Assembly (NCBI GenBank): GCA_040398005.1
Contig: JBBAUX010000004.1
Coordinates: 66,926 to 130,925 of the forward strand
Direction of reading: 5' to 3'
Source of the DNA: Opitutales bacterium
GTDB taxonomy: Bacteria > Verrucomicrobiota > Verrucomicrobiia > Opitutales > UBA953
DNA: 64,000 bases
The translations under genes were made by a program, and so were the position numbers. Positions within the stretch are counted from its first letter, which is position 1, and each line of letters opens with the position of its first letter. Shown in pieces: positions 8,844 to 19,544 of the stretch. Below the pieces are notes generated by a model. It saw only the letters and a list, made by a program, of their open reading frames with translations, ran no database searches and was not told the DNA's origin.

Positions 8844-11800
8844 ATGCCCCGATTTTTAGTTTATAATATTATTATTTTTTTACTGGGCGGAGTCGTGGCT
8901 ATTTACGCCGCGCCCAGTTCGGAATTACCGCTCATCGCGCAAAAGGCTTTAGAGCAAAGCCAGACTAATTTTAGTGCGAGTGATTTAGAATTTTTTGAAA
9001 AAAATATCCGTCCGATTTTATCTGACCGTTGTTTTAAATGTCACTCCGCCCAAGAAGGCGTTTCGAAAGGTGGATTAATTATGGACACACGTGCGGGCTT
9101 GTTAGCGGGTGGCGATACGGGTGCGGCTATCGTGCCAAATAATATTGAGAAATCACTTTTAATCACAGCGGTTCATCAGACGGATCCTGATTTGTCGATG
9201 CCTCCCAAAAAAGGTGGGGCTAAATTACCTGATGCCCAAATCGCTTTGCTCGAAAAATGGGTTAAGATGGGTGCCCCTGCACCGGTGGGCGCGGGAGCTG
9301 TTAAATTAACTGGCTTATCCCAAAAAGCACGGGACCACTGGGCGTTTAAATCTTTTACGAAACCTGCTTTACCGAAAGTGAGTAACGAAGCTTGGTGTCA
9401 GAATGAAATCGATTATTTTGTTTTAGCTAAATTGGACGAGCAGGGATTAAAGCCATCGACTCCTACCGATGGTGAATCGCTGTTGCGACGACTGAACTAT
9501 GATTTAATTGGCCTGCCTCCTTCTAATACGGAGGTTGAAACCTTCAGTCGCGATTACACTAATGCCAGCGCGGTAGATTCGTATTTACTACAGAATAATA
9601 AACCCGCGCATGCCGTAACAGATCTGGTCGAAAAGACGGTCAATCGATTATTAGCGTCGCCACAATACGGTGAACGTTGGGCGCGACATTGGTTAGATTC
9701 AGCTCGGTACGCTGACACCCCAGGTAATGGTATTAAACGCGGCGAGGCTTACGCCAATGCTTGGACTTACCGTGATTATGTGATCGATGCATTTAATCAG
9801 GATAAGCCTTACGATCAATTTATCGTTGAACAGTTGGCCGCTGACCGCCTGCCTAACCTCGCTAAGGATGATCCCCGTTTAGCTGCTCTTGGTTTCATCA
9901 CGGTCGGCAAACGTTTTGAAAATAATGATGATACGATTGACGAAAGAATTGATACGACGACGAAAGCCTTTCTGGGTCTCACCGTATCTTGTGCCCGTTG
10001 CCATGACCATAAATTTGATCCGATTCCCACGGCAGACTACTACTCCCTGCACGGTATTTTTGCTTCAACCTCTGAGCCGTTAGATGAGCCGATGATTAAG
10101 ACAACGCGTATCCCCAGTGCAACTGAGCGGGCGGATTTTGATAAAAAAATGAAGGACTTGGTAGAGTCGAACGCGCGTGGTTATTATCGTTACATCCGCG
10201 CGCAATTGGCGACCTTGCACAAAGATTTTGCCGGCCGAGCTTTATCTGCGATGGCCGGATTTAAATCTACGCGTTCTGCAGATTTACAGAAGACTTATAA
10301 TTTCGCGCTCGTTCGCGAGGTCGATACTTCCATCATTATCAATAAAATTTCGCCCATCACGGCGCCACTATTTCATCTGCAAAGAATATCAGCCGAGCAA
10401 TTTGAAGAAAAGGCACCTCAGGTTATCGCTAATGTTTTAGCCGATAAAAAAGTTTCGATTAATCCGTTCGTGGCCGAGGCTTTAGTGAATTTAAAACCCA
10501 AGACGATTGACGATGTCGCTTTAGCCTACCAAGCGATGTTCAAAAAATACAGTTTGCAGATTGATAAACACCTCGACCTGCGGAGTACGCCGGGGCGGGC
10601 CGGGGAGAAGGATAATCCCGATATTATTCAGCTCGCGGCTTGGCCGTGGCCTTTGCCTAGTTATGAAGACATTGCGACTACACCAAAAATTCTTTCGTTA
10701 ATCAATACACGTAGTTTTTGTTATGCCTGGCAGGATAAGCCGAATTTTATAAACAATAAAATTCCCGAAAAATATTTTCGCTTTAAAGAAATTAATGTTT
10801 TGGAACTTACTCACTCGGGTGGAGTAGGAAAAGCCATGGCAGTGGCCGATGTCGTTAGTCCCAAAAACAGTAATGTATTTTTAAGGGGCGATCGTAATAA
10901 GCGCGGGCCAGTCGTCGCCCGACAGTTCTTGGAAATTCTTTCTGGTCCGACTCGCGTTCCCTTTACCCAAGGTAGTGGTCGAGCTGAGTTAGCTCAAGCG
11001 ATCGCGAGCCCAACCAATCCTCTGACGGCACGCGTTCTGGTGAACCGTGTGTGGATGCAACACTTTGGAGCGGGTATTGTGAGTTCACCGGATGATTTGG
11101 GAAATATGTCCGAAAAGCCAACTCACCCCGAATTGTTAAATTGGTTAGCGGTGCAATTTGTGGAGAACGGCTGGTCGATGAAAAATCTCCATCGCAAAAT
11201 GCTCACTTCACAGACCTATCGACAGTCAGCCAATCCAACGGCGAATCCGATGTTTGCCAGTCGTGTTGACAGTAATCCAAATAAAATTGATGCCGGAAAT
11301 AAATACCTCTGGCGCTCTAATTTACGTCGACTGGATTTCGAAAGTATTCGCGATGCACTCATTATGCTCACCGGAAAGATGGATTCCAAGGTCGGTGGCC
11401 GTCCGGTGAATATCACCGATGATCCTTTGAGCTATCGTCGAAGTATTTATGGTTTTATCGATCGTGAACACTTGAGCGATTTACAGTCCCAGTTTGATTT
11501 CTCGGATCCGGACATGCCCAACTCTCGTCGAAATTCTACCATCGTTCCTCAGCAGGCTTTATTCTTCATGAATAATCTATTGTCGGTTGAAGCAGCGCGA
11601 GCGGTGGCCGCGCGTCCGGAAGTAGTGGGAGCGATTAACGATGATGCTCGAATCACAACCCTTTACCGAATCATGTTTCAAAGAACACCGAAGTCTGATG
11701 AGGCACGTATGGCCAAGGAGTTTATCAAAAAAGTCACGGGTGTTACGGCTGAATCAGTCACTGCTCAACCCACTAAAGGTGAGAAAAAAAAGTTAGCTAA

Positions 11801-11960
11801 AGAGGCCCCTGAGCCGATTGAAAATCCTGCCGTCACCACGAAAATTGAGGGCGGAGTCATGAAGAATTTAGGGGTTAGAACTTCGCGAGCCAAGGTTTCG
11901 CCTTGGGAAATGCTCGCCCAGGCTATGATATGTTCGAACGAATTTGTTTATCTCGATTAA
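8844..11960 (+). CDS. PSD1 and planctomycete cytochrome c domain protein (DUF1549/DUF1553)
   Basis: FFEKNIRPIL..RCFKCH, YGERWARHWLD, CARCHDHKFDPI, NPLTARVLVNRVW, PTHPELL, PQQALFFMN, SNEFVYLD. Confidence 0.92.
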   Translation: MPRFLVYNIIIFLLGGVVAIYAAPSSELPLIAQKALEQSQTNFSASDLEFFEKNIRPILSDRCFKCHSAQEGVSKGGLIMDTRAGLLAGGDTGAAIVPNNIEKSLLITAVHQTDPDLSMPPKKGGAKLPDAQIALLEKWVKMGAPAPVGAGAVKLTGLSQKARDHWAFKSFTKPALPKVSNEAWCQNEIDYFVLAKLDEQGLKPSTPTDGESLLRRLNYDLIGLPPSNTEVETFSRDYTNASAVDSYLLQNNKPAHAVTDLVEKTVNRLLASPQYGERWARHWLDSARYADTPGNGIKRGEAYANAWTYRDYVIDAFNQDKPYDQFIVEQLAADRLPNLAKDDPRLAALGFITVGKRFENNDDTIDERIDTTTKAFLGLTVSCARCHDHKFDPIPTADYYSLHGIFASTSEPLDEPMIKTTRIPSATERADFDKKMKDLVESNARGYYRYIRAQLATLHKDFAGRALSAMAGFKSTRSADLQKTYNFALVREVDTSIIINKISPITAPLFHLQRISAEQFEEKAPQVIANVLADKKVSINPFVAEALVNLKPKTIDDVALAYQAMFKKYSLQIDKHLDLRSTPGRAGEKDNPDIIQLAAWPWPLPSYEDIATTPKILSLINTRSFCYAWQDKPNFINNKIPEKYFRFKEINVLELTHSGGVGKAMAVADVVSPKNSNVFLRGDRNKRGPVVARQFLEILSGPTRVPFTQGSGRAELAQAIASPTNPLTARVLVNRVWMQHFGAGIVSSPDDLGNMSEKPTHPELLNWLAVQFVENGWSMKNLHRKMLTSQTYRQSANPTANPMFASRVDSNPNKIDAGNKYLWRSNLRRLDFESIRDALIMLTGKMDSKVGGRPVNITDDPLSYRRSIYGFIDREHLSDLQSQFDFSDPDMPNSRRNSTIVPQQALFFMNNLLSVEAARAVAARPEVVGAINDDARITTLYRIMFQRTPKSDEARMAKEFIKKVTGVTAESVTAQPTKGEKKKLAKEAPEPIENPAVTTKIEGGVMKNLGVRTSRAKVSPWEMLAQAMICSNEFVYLD

Positions 11961-11977
11961 CCCACTATCATTAAAAT

Positions 11978-13366
11978 ATGGATACCCCCAATTGCAGTAA
12001 CCAGATCCCCGAGGCGAATTCTCGCCGGGAGTTTCTTCGTCAAACGGGATTAAGCATGGGAACCTTAGCATTCGGCACGATGCTCTCACGCGGACTGATT
12101 ACCGATGCTCGTGCGGAAGGGCCGTTAAATTTAAAAGTACGCGCGGCACCGTTACCGGCTAAAGCCAAACATATCATCCATATTTTTGCCGGTGGAGCTC
12201 CTTCGCACCTGGATACGTTCGATTATAAACCTGGCATGAAAGACTTGGCGGAAAAATCTAAAGCCGGTCAGGCCGGAGTTATTTTTCCTACGCCCTTTGA
12301 ATTTAAGCAGTGCGGAAAATCCGGTTTAGCGATTAGCGAAATCTTCCCTAAATTACAAGAGGTGGCTGATGACCTTTGTATTATCCGCTCCATGCACTCA
12401 GATATTCCCGCGCACGGACCAGCTTCTAAACTTCTGCACACGGGCTCAGCTATTTTAACCAAGCCATCCTTGGGCTCATGGGTTTTATACGGACTCGGAA
12501 CTGAGAGCCAAGATTTGCCCGGGTTCGTCAGTCTGGGCGGTCAGGTGGAAGCACGTCAGGCGGCCTTTTTACCCAGTATCTACCAAGGTGCGAAAACGAC
12601 TTTCCGGACCAACGTGGCTGCGAATCGCGTCATCCCTAATTTACAAAGTGAGTTCACCAATGAGGATGCGCAAAGAAAACAGCTCGATTTGGTTCATCAA
12701 CTTAATGATCAGCATATTAAGACTGTTCAAAAAGATGAACAGCTCGAAGCCCGTATTGAGTCTTTCGAATTAGCTTTCCGCATGCAGACGGCGGCGACTG
12801 ATGCCTTTGATATTTCCAAAGAATCACAAAAAACGCGCGATGCTTACGGTAAGACCGAATTAGGGGCCAAACTTTTATGTGCGCGTCGTCTCGTTGAACG
12901 CGGTGTTCGTTTTGTACAAATTGACGCGGGTGGTTGGGATCACCATACCAACATTCAACTCGCAGCAGCCCGCACGGGAGCAGCGATAGATGGTCCGGCG
13001 GCTGCTTTAATTAAAGATCTAAAGGAGCGCGGACTCTTGAGCTCTACGTTGGTCATCTGGGGTGGAGAATTTGGTCGCACGCCGACAACTGCAGGACGGG
13101 TCAATCCGAACAGCGGTCGTGATCACTGGTCTAAGGCCTATTGCGCTTGGATGGCGGGTGGGGGAGTGAAGGCTGGAATTAATTATGGTGAGACCGATGA
13201 CATCGGTGGCGAAGTTGTTTCTAATGGCGTCGACGTTCATGACCTCCACGCCACTATCTTGCGCTTGATGGGCTTTGATCACACCAAACTTACCTACCGA
13301 TACAACGGTCGCGATTTCCGTCTGACGGATAACTACGGTAAGGTTGCTGAAGGTATTATCGCGTAA
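11978..13366 (+). CDS. DUF1501 domain protein, Tat-exported
   Basis: SRREFL twin-arginine motif, GAPSHLDTFDYKP, ARRLVERGVRFVQ, WGGEFGRTP, GRDH, DLHATIL; usual partner of PSD1 proteins. Confidence 0.92.
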   Translation: MDTPNCSNQIPEANSRREFLRQTGLSMGTLAFGTMLSRGLITDARAEGPLNLKVRAAPLPAKAKHIIHIFAGGAPSHLDTFDYKPGMKDLAEKSKAGQAGVIFPTPFEFKQCGKSGLAISEIFPKLQEVADDLCIIRSMHSDIPAHGPASKLLHTGSAILTKPSLGSWVLYGLGTESQDLPGFVSLGGQVEARQAAFLPSIYQGAKTTFRTNVAANRVIPNLQSEFTNEDAQRKQLDLVHQLNDQHIKTVQKDEQLEARIESFELAFRMQTAATDAFDISKESQKTRDAYGKTELGAKLLCARRLVERGVRFVQIDAGGWDHHTNIQLAAARTGAAIDGPAAALIKDLKERGLLSSTLVIWGGEFGRTPTTAGRVNPNSGRDHWSKAYCAWMAGGGVKAGINYGETDDIGGEVVSNGVDVHDLHATILRLMGFDHTKLTYRYNGRDFRLTDNYGKVAEGIIA

Positions 13367-13367
13367 A

Positions 13368-14210
13368 TTATAAATCAACGTTGTCGATCAGGCGAGTGTT
13401 GCCCAGATAGCAGGCAAGGGCCAGTGCGCATTCACCAGGAATAATCTTGGTGACCTCGCTTAAAGTTTCGCGGTGCACGACTTTTAAATATTGGACGCGA
13501 AGCGAAGCATCCAGCGTGAGTCTTTTAAAAGCCGCCTTCTCAATGAGAATGGGATTCGTTTCACCTTTCTGTACTAACTCTTGAGCTACTTTGCAGGCGG
13601 CGGGTATCGCTGTAGCCTTTTGTAATTCTTCGGGGGTGAGGTATCGATTTCTTGAACTGAGGGCGAGTCCGTTGGGCTCACGCACCGTTTCATCGATGAT
13701 CACTTTAACGGGCATGTGTAGGTCGTGGACCATTTGTTTAATGACCACACACTGTTGTAAATCTTTTCGACCAAATACGGCGCAGGTCGGCTGAATCACA
13801 TTGAAGAGCATTGCGACAACGGTGCTCACGCCGCGAAAGTGTCCGGGTCGAAACGCCCCGCAAAGACCCGTGGTTACTTTTTCAACATCCACCCAGGTGG
13901 TTGCATTTTTTGGATAAAATTCTTCAACGCTCGGCGCAAAAATAAGATCTACGGAAGCGTGGCGGCAAGCATCGCAATCCGCTTCAAAGGTTCTAGGATA
14001 TTTTGAGAAATCTTCGTTCGGACCAAATTGTGTAGGGTTAACAAAGATAGAAACTACGGTGAAATCTGCTTCACTGCGGGCGCGTTTAACTAATGCAAGA
14101 TGACCCTCGTGAAGACAGCCCATCGTAGGCACCAAGCCGATTTTTTTCCCTGCGGCGCGAACTTTATCAAGTGCCTGACGTAGATCTGAAATGGTTTGTA
14201 TAACTTGCAT
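13368..14210 (-). CDS. panC: Pantoate--beta-alanine ligase
   Basis: VPTMGCLHEGH, SIFVNPTQF, RPGHFRGV, GLALSSRN, TRLIDN. Confidence 0.97.
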   Translation of the reverse strand: MQVIQTISDLRQALDKVRAAGKKIGLVPTMGCLHEGHLALVKRARSEADFTVVSIFVNPTQFGPNEDFSKYPRTFEADCDACRHASVDLIFAPSVEEFYPKNATTWVDVEKVTTGLCGAFRPGHFRGVSTVVAMLFNVIQPTCAVFGRKDLQQCVVIKQMVHDLHMPVKVIIDETVREPNGLALSSRNRYLTPEELQKATAIPAACKVAQELVQKGETNPILIEKAAFKRLTLDASLRVQYLKVVHRETLSEVTKIIPGECALALACYLGNTRLIDNVDL

Positions 14211-14359
14211 GCAAAGAGGTTAGCGAGCGGGTGGTATCGAAGTGACTATAAACATAAAAAAAGTACGCATTAATACAAGATATCTTCCTTTGCATCCATG
14301 GAACTTCCTGTAGAGTCAGATTAGTTGATTTAATAATTATTCACCCCGACCTCGCCCCT

Positions 14360-15421
14360 ATGTCACTCCATCCTGTTACTCTCTTTACTGGCCAATGGGC
14401 CGATTTACCTATCGCGGAACTTTTACCTAAAGTTAAAGCCATGGGTTACGATGGCGTGGAGTTAGCCTGCTGGGGCGATCACTTTGATGTCTATCGCGCG
14501 GTACACGAACCTGCCTATGTGGAATCGGTTTGGAAACTTTTAGAAAAAAATGGTTTAGGTTGTTGGGCAATTTCCTCTCATCTTGTGGGCCAAGCCACCT
14601 GTGATAATATTGATGAACGACACAAAGCGATTCTCCCTGAACGCGTTTGGGGTGATGGCGTTCCAGAATCTGTCCGTCAGCGCGCCGCCGCAGAAATGAT
14701 TTTAACTGCTCAAGCGGCCCGAAAGTTTTTTGATGCGGGTAAAAGTATCATGGCTAAGTTTCCCAAGGGAACGGGCAAGGCAGTCGTTAACGGATTTACG
14801 GGTTCATCCATCTGGCACGCCTTGTATGCGTTTCCGCCAACCTCACAGGCATACCTCCAAAAAGGTTATAACGATTTCGCGAAACGCTGGCTGCCGATTC
14901 TGGATGCCTTCGAGAAGCAGGATGTTTATTTCGGACTGGAGGTACATCCGACTGAAATCGCCTTTGATATCGTTTCTGCCCAGCGAGCTTTAGAAGCTGT
15001 GGGTCAGCACAAACGCTTCGGTTTTAATTTTGATCCCAGTCACTTGGGCTATCAGGGCGTGGATTATATTAAGTTCATCCACACTTTTGCTGCACAAATT
15101 CATCACGTGCACATGAAGGACGCTTGGTGGGGCCATGGTGATGGTACGGTTGGCGTCTTTGGTGGCCATACCGATTTCTGTGATTCGCGACGCGCCTGGG
15201 ATTTTCGTTCTGTTGGCCGTGGTGATGTAAAATTTGAAGACGTGATCGTCGCATTAAACGACATCCGCTACGCCGGTCCGCTCTCGGTGGAGTGGGAAGA
15301 TGGGCGGATGGATCGCTTCCACGGAGCTACGGAAAGTTGTGCCTTTGTGAAACGCCTGTCATTTCCACCGAGTAACATTGCTTTTGATGCGGCCTTTGAT
15401 CGCCAAAAACAGAAAAAATAA
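14360..15421 (+). CDS. Sugar phosphate isomerase/epimerase (xylose-isomerase-like TIM barrel)
   Basis: [42 protein letters not shown] metal ligands. Confidence 0.85.
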   Translation: MSLHPVTLFTGQWADLPIAELLPKVKAMGYDGVELACWGDHFDVYRAVHEPAYVESVWKLLEKNGLGCWAISSHLVGQATCDNIDERHKAILPERVWGDGVPESVRQRAAAEMILTAQAARKFFDAGKSIMAKFPKGTGKAVVNGFTGSSIWHALYAFPPTSQAYLQKGYNDFAKRWLPILDAFEKQDVYFGLEVHPTEIAFDIVSAQRALEAVGQHKRFGFNFDPSHLGYQGVDYIKFIHTFAAQIHHVHMKDAWWGHGDGTVGVFGGHTDFCDSRRAWDFRSVGRGDVKFEDVIVALNDIRYAGPLSVEWEDGRMDRFHGATESCAFVKRLSFPPSNIAFDAAFDRQKQKK

Positions 15422-15435
15422 ATTATAAATATTCT

Positions 15436-16518
15436 ATGACTATCAAAGTGGGAATTATTGGAGCAGGCGGAATGTTGCAGTATCACGCTTCAGGATTTCA
15501 AAAAGCGGGTGCTAAAATTATGGCGATTGCCGATCGCCATACCGCGGCTGCCCAAAAGGCTGCCGAAAAATATAAGGTGCCTAATGTTTTTGAATCAGTC
15601 GAAGCGATGCTGGCGGGCTGTCCGGAGCTCGATGCGGTCAGTATCATCGTCCCCAATAAACTGCACGCCCCACTGGCCATCCAATGTCTCAAGGCTGGTA
15701 AGCACGTTTTCTGTGAGAAGCCTCCTGCACTCAGTGCTCGCGAGGTAAATGAGATTATTGCGGCGGCGAAGTCTTTAGGAAAAAAAGTAATGTTTAATTT
15801 CAATAATCGCGCCCGGCCCGAATCGGCGGCGATGATGAAATTAATTAATAATGGTGAAGTTGGAAAAATTAACTCAGCCCAAGCGAAGTGGATTCGCCGT
15901 ACGGGCATTCCCGGTTTTGGTGGATGGTTTACCACGAAAGAATTATCCGGCGGTGGCCCGCTCATCGACCTATTACACATGGTAGACTTAGCCATGTATT
16001 TCATGGGCTATCCCGAGCCGGCGCATGTCTTGGGTCAGACCTTCAATGACTTTATTCAGGACAAATCATTTAAAGGCCCTTGGGGTATCGCTGATGTCGT
16101 TGGTGGAGTGACTGACGTAGAAAATGCGGCCCATGGTTTTATTACTTTTAAATCAGGCCAGGTTTTAACGCTGCAAGTGTCTTGGGCCGAGATGGTGAAG
16201 CGCGAAGAGGTTTCAGTAGTGTTTCAAGGTACGAAAGCGGGTGGTAAAGTGGAACGACTTTTTGGCTCTGATGGATTAGATGATACCGCCATCGATACTT
16301 GTGAGTTATACGTTCAAGAAAACGGAAAGAGTGTGAACCGGGTTATCAAAACTCCCGAGTGTCTTGATATGGGCCGATCCGACTCCGCGGCTAATTTTAT
16401 TGAAGCCATCGAAGGGAAGGCCGCTCCTTTAAATACACCCGAGCAAGCGCTACGCTTAATGCAAGTCATCGACGCAATTTACGCTTCCGCCCAAACCGGC
16501 CGCCCTGTATCAATCTAA
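15436..16518 (+). CDS. Gfo/Idh/MocA family oxidoreductase
   Basis: VGIIGAG, KHVFCEKP, WFTTKELSGGGPLIDLLH. Confidence 0.9.
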   Translation: MTIKVGIIGAGGMLQYHASGFQKAGAKIMAIADRHTAAAQKAAEKYKVPNVFESVEAMLAGCPELDAVSIIVPNKLHAPLAIQCLKAGKHVFCEKPPALSAREVNEIIAAAKSLGKKVMFNFNNRARPESAAMMKLINNGEVGKINSAQAKWIRRTGIPGFGGWFTTKELSGGGPLIDLLHMVDLAMYFMGYPEPAHVLGQTFNDFIQDKSFKGPWGIADVVGGVTDVENAAHGFITFKSGQVLTLQVSWAEMVKREEVSVVFQGTKAGGKVERLFGSDGLDDTAIDTCELYVQENGKSVNRVIKTPECLDMGRSDSAANFIEAIEGKAAPLNTPEQALRLMQVIDAIYASAQTGRPVSI

Positions 16519-16994
16519 CGATTCAGTAAATAGATGCTCGTGTTGAGTACTGTCGCAAAGCTGACCCAGAGTAGGTGGGGGCTTTGCAGGTACGCCACAG
16601 TTCTGTTTTCTTGGTAGAGACAACGCACCCACGCACTGAGTATAATTAAGTAGAATGCGATTATCACTAGGGCCCAACCGAGTTGGTGATATTTAAAAAA
16701 GACCGGAGACCAGAGCGCATTAGAAACTAGCATTAAAAAGAAAAATATCTTGGTGAGTTTATTTTGAGTGGATTTCCAGACCATCCATTGCGAGATAACC
16801 ATTAAAAGATAGAGGGTGCTCCAGACTGGGCCAAAAAGATAGTTAGGGGGATTGAAAGTAGGCTTGGTGAGGTTTGCGTACCAGCCGGTGATTTCAGGTA
16901 ATGTTGCACGTGAGCCCAGCCAGCCGATGCCGAGTGTCAGTAAAATCAAAAGCCCTAAAATACCTAAACTTCCTCGGGTCTGGGATGATTTCAT
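16515..16994 (-). CDS. tspO: TspO/MBR tryptophan-rich sensory protein
   Basis: WYANLTKPTFNPPNYLFGPVWSTLY, NALWSPVFF, WVSFATVLN. Confidence 0.9.
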   Translation of the reverse strand: MKSSQTRGSLGILGLLILLTLGIGWLGSRATLPEITGWYANLTKPTFNPPNYLFGPVWSTLYLLMVISQWMVWKSTQNKLTKIFFFLMLVSNALWSPVFFKYHQLGWALVIIAFYLIILSAWVRCLYQENRTVAYLQSPHLLWVSFATVLNTSIYLLNR

Positions 16995-17089
16995 AGGTTT
17001 AATATGTTCGTTATACACGCGGGGGCAAGGGAAGTATTTTGACCGCTTGCCATCTGTCGTTTTGTTCTTCTTTTTCGTGTCACTAAGCC

Positions 17090-18334
17090 ATGTCTGACTC
17101 TTACATCCAAAATCTCTTCGCTGAACGCATTGGCGGAATTAATTACGGCAAATCTACCGCGATTTATAAATTTGAAAAAATTAAGCGTGCTAAGGCTGCG
17201 GCAAAAAAAGCGAAGCCCGATGTAGCATTGATTGATCTCGGAGTAGGGGAGCCCGATGAAATGGCTTTTCCTCAAGTGGTGAAAGCTTTGCAGGTTGAAG
17301 CCGCGAAATCCGAGAATCGTGGTTACGCTGATAACGGTGGTGCCGACTTCCGTTTAGCCGGCGCACGTTACCTCAAAAATCTTTTTAATGTCACCATCGA
17401 TCCTGAGACTGAAATTCTCCACTCAATTGGATCCAAGGCCGCCCTCACACTTTTACCGGCCTGCTTTATCAATCCTGGTGATGTCGTCTTAATGACCGTC
17501 CCTGGTTATCCCGTACTTGGAACCCACGCTAAATATTATGGCGGCGTGGTTCATAATATTAAATTAACCGCCGAGCATAATTTTCTCCCTGATTTAAAAT
17601 CAATCCCCGCCGATGTTTTAGCTAAGGCTAAAGTATTGGTATTAAATTATCCGAATAACCCCACGGGCGCTTGTGCAACGCTGAAGTTCTACGAAGAGGT
17701 CGTCGCTTTTGCAAAGACCCATAATTTGATTGTGGTTCAAGATGCGGCTTACGGTTCGCTTCACTTTGGCAGTGAGCAGGTTTCTATTTTACAAGTGCCT
17801 GGGGCTAAGGACGTAGCCGTTGAACTTCATACACTTTCCAAGAGTCACAATATGACGGGCTGGCGTATTGGTTTCGTCGCGGGCAATTCACACATCGTCC
17901 GTGCTTATGGTGACGTGAAGGACAATTCCGACTCCGGACAGTTTTTAGGAATTCAAAAAGCAGGCGTTGCGGGTCTCGATGACGTTTCGATTCCTCGTGC
18001 CATTGCTGCTAAATATTCTCGTCGGATGGATAAACTCGTCGGCGTTTTGGCAAAGCTCGGTTTCCAAGTGCGCAAACCTGGTGCCGGATTCTTCTTATAC
18101 ATGCCCGCTCCTAAGTCGGCGACCGGTCCATCGGGAACAGTTTTATTTGATTCTGGCGAAGCTTTTTCTCAGTGGATGATTTCCGAACATTTAATTTCCA
18201 CGGTGCCTTGGGATGATTGCGGATTCTTCGTTCGCTTCTCCGTCACATTCGTTTCGGAAAAAGGTGAAGCCGGTGAGGCCGAGGTGATTGCCGAGGTCGA
18301 ACGCCGTTTAACCCCCTGGAAATTCAATTTCTAA
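17090..18334 (+). CDS. dapL: LL-diaminopimelate aminotransferase (class I PLP aminotransferase)
   Basis: IDLGVGEPD, IGSK, LNYPNNPTG, DAAY, TLSKSHNMTGWRIGF, DSGQF. The DapL specificity is inferred. Confidence 0.75.
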   Translation: MSDSYIQNLFAERIGGINYGKSTAIYKFEKIKRAKAAAKKAKPDVALIDLGVGEPDEMAFPQVVKALQVEAAKSENRGYADNGGADFRLAGARYLKNLFNVTIDPETEILHSIGSKAALTLLPACFINPGDVVLMTVPGYPVLGTHAKYYGGVVHNIKLTAEHNFLPDLKSIPADVLAKAKVLVLNYPNNPTGACATLKFYEEVVAFAKTHNLIVVQDAAYGSLHFGSEQVSILQVPGAKDVAVELHTLSKSHNMTGWRIGFVAGNSHIVRAYGDVKDNSDSGQFLGIQKAGVAGLDDVSIPRAIAAKYSRRMDKLVGVLAKLGFQVRKPGAGFFLYMPAPKSATGPSGTVLFDSGEAFSQWMISEHLISTVPWDDCGFFVRFSVTFVSEKGEAGEAEVIAEVERRLTPWKFNF

Positions 18335-18404
18335 GAGATTTTCGCTAGTTTCTGTCGGATTGACAGGGGCGGGGTTAATTGGTCAGATTAACTTTCTAGT
18401 TTAT

Positions 18405-18480
18405 GGCCTGATAGCTCAGTTGGTAGAGCAGGCGCCTGAAGAGCGCCGTGTCGTTGGTTCGATTCCGACTCAGGCCACCA
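18405..18480 (+). tRNA. tRNA-Phe(GAA)
   Basis: GGCCTGA/TCAGGCC acceptor stem, GGCGC-CTGAAGA-GCGCC anticodon arm, ends ACCA; TTGACA at 18360. Confidence 0.96.
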
Positions 18481-18488
18481 CTTTAAGA

Positions 18489-18514
18489 AACCCGTTTGAA
18501 ACCTCAGACGGGTT
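18489..18514. terminator. Hairpin terminator between tRNA-Phe and the convergent CDS
   Basis: AACCCGTTTGA-AACC-TCAGACGGGTT. Confidence 0.6.
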
Positions 18515-19268
18515 ATCTTTTGAAGAGTAAACGGAGGAGGTGAAATCTTTCGCCGTGATCGAGCGGTGGCACAAAAGAATTATCCATGCCGTGGTTAATT
18601 AAAGTAATCCGTTTCGCTTCCTTGCTTACTTTGTCACCCTTGGTCGTTTCTTCTACCCATTCTGCCTTAACGATGCCGAAGGGGATCGATTCATTGCGCC
18701 AGACGGCTCCCTCGATTTTGATGACCTGTTTTTTGACGAAGGGTGGATCGACATTGGTAAGACAAATCATATGCAATTTTTTGCATTCATAAGTTTTATT
18801 TTGGAAATCTAAGCGTTCTGTTTTTTTATCATCCACTAGAGTGTTTTCCGTAGTGTAGCCTGCAGTGCTGGCGATAGATTTTACGTCTTCGGGCAGCATA
18901 TGCCATGAGCCAGTTTTAGGATTCGAAAATAGAATTTCGGCAGAGGACTCGAGTAACTTATTCGCGCCTTCACGATCTAGGTCCTTGGGTACTAAAAATC
19001 TTAAAGGGGCTTTTTCGCGTGACCCCAGCCAGGCCACGGGTTCGATGTTTAACCAAACGTAAGCTTTGCCATTTACTTCGCCGGCTGCCCAAACGGAAAG
19101 TTTTATTTCGGGTACTTTATCGGTCTTTGGAATATCAGTGCGGGCAATTTCGTAGGTTGCCCAGGAGCCTGCGGGTGGGAGATTTTCTGCAAAAATATTC
19201 CATTGGGCTTGGGCATGCGTGCAGAGTCCGAGGGCGAGCCAGAGCCACCATTTTTTCGCTAGTTTCAC
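18513..19268 (-). CDS. Secreted hypothetical protein
   Basis: Signal peptide ending AQA, 251-aa open frame; no family recognised. Confidence 0.7.
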   Translation of the reverse strand: MKLAKKWWLWLALGLCTHAQAQWNIFAENLPPAGSWATYEIARTDIPKTDKVPEIKLSVWAAGEVNGKAYVWLNIEPVAWLGSREKAPLRFLVPKDLDREGANKLLESSAEILFSNPKTGSWHMLPEDVKSIASTAGYTTENTLVDDKKTERLDFQNKTYECKKLHMICLTNVDPPFVKKQVIKIEGAVWRNESIPFGIVKAEWVEETTKGDKVSKEAKRITLINHGMDNSFVPPLDHGERFHLLRLLFKR

Positions 19269-19367
19269 TTTTCGACCCTAAATTGCTCAATTTGCCCTGT
19301 CGAGTGCCTATCTTTTGCCTTTGTCTTTGACTCAATGTAAGGGCTTAATTTTAGTTAAATCTCTGCT

Positions 19368-19451
19368 ATGGAATGCACGATACAGTCATCGACGAATCCG
19401 ACCTTGAGTGGTCGTGCCTTAATTCCTGCGATTATTATTATCGGGCGATAA
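19368..19451 (+). CDS. Ile-rich leader peptide MECTIQSSTNPTLSGRALIPAIIIIGR upstream of cimA
   Basis: ATG 19368 to TAA 19449-19451, with ATT ATT ATT ATC just before the end; not in the ORF track. Confidence 0.75.
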   Translation: MECTIQSSTNPTLSGRALIPAIIIIGR

Positions 19452-19454
19452 GTC

Positions 19455-19517
19455 CGCGAACGGATCGCTTTAGCGAATTCCCGTTCCGCGACAAATCGGA
19501 GCGGCGGTCTATCTTTT
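19455..19517 (+). promoter_or_regulatory. Putative attenuator: mutually exclusive hairpins
   Basis: CCGTTCCG (19481-88) can pair with upstream CGCGAACGG or downstream CGGAGCGG. Confidence 0.6.
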
Positions 19518-19544
19518 AACTCCACCCAACATTTACAAACCAAC

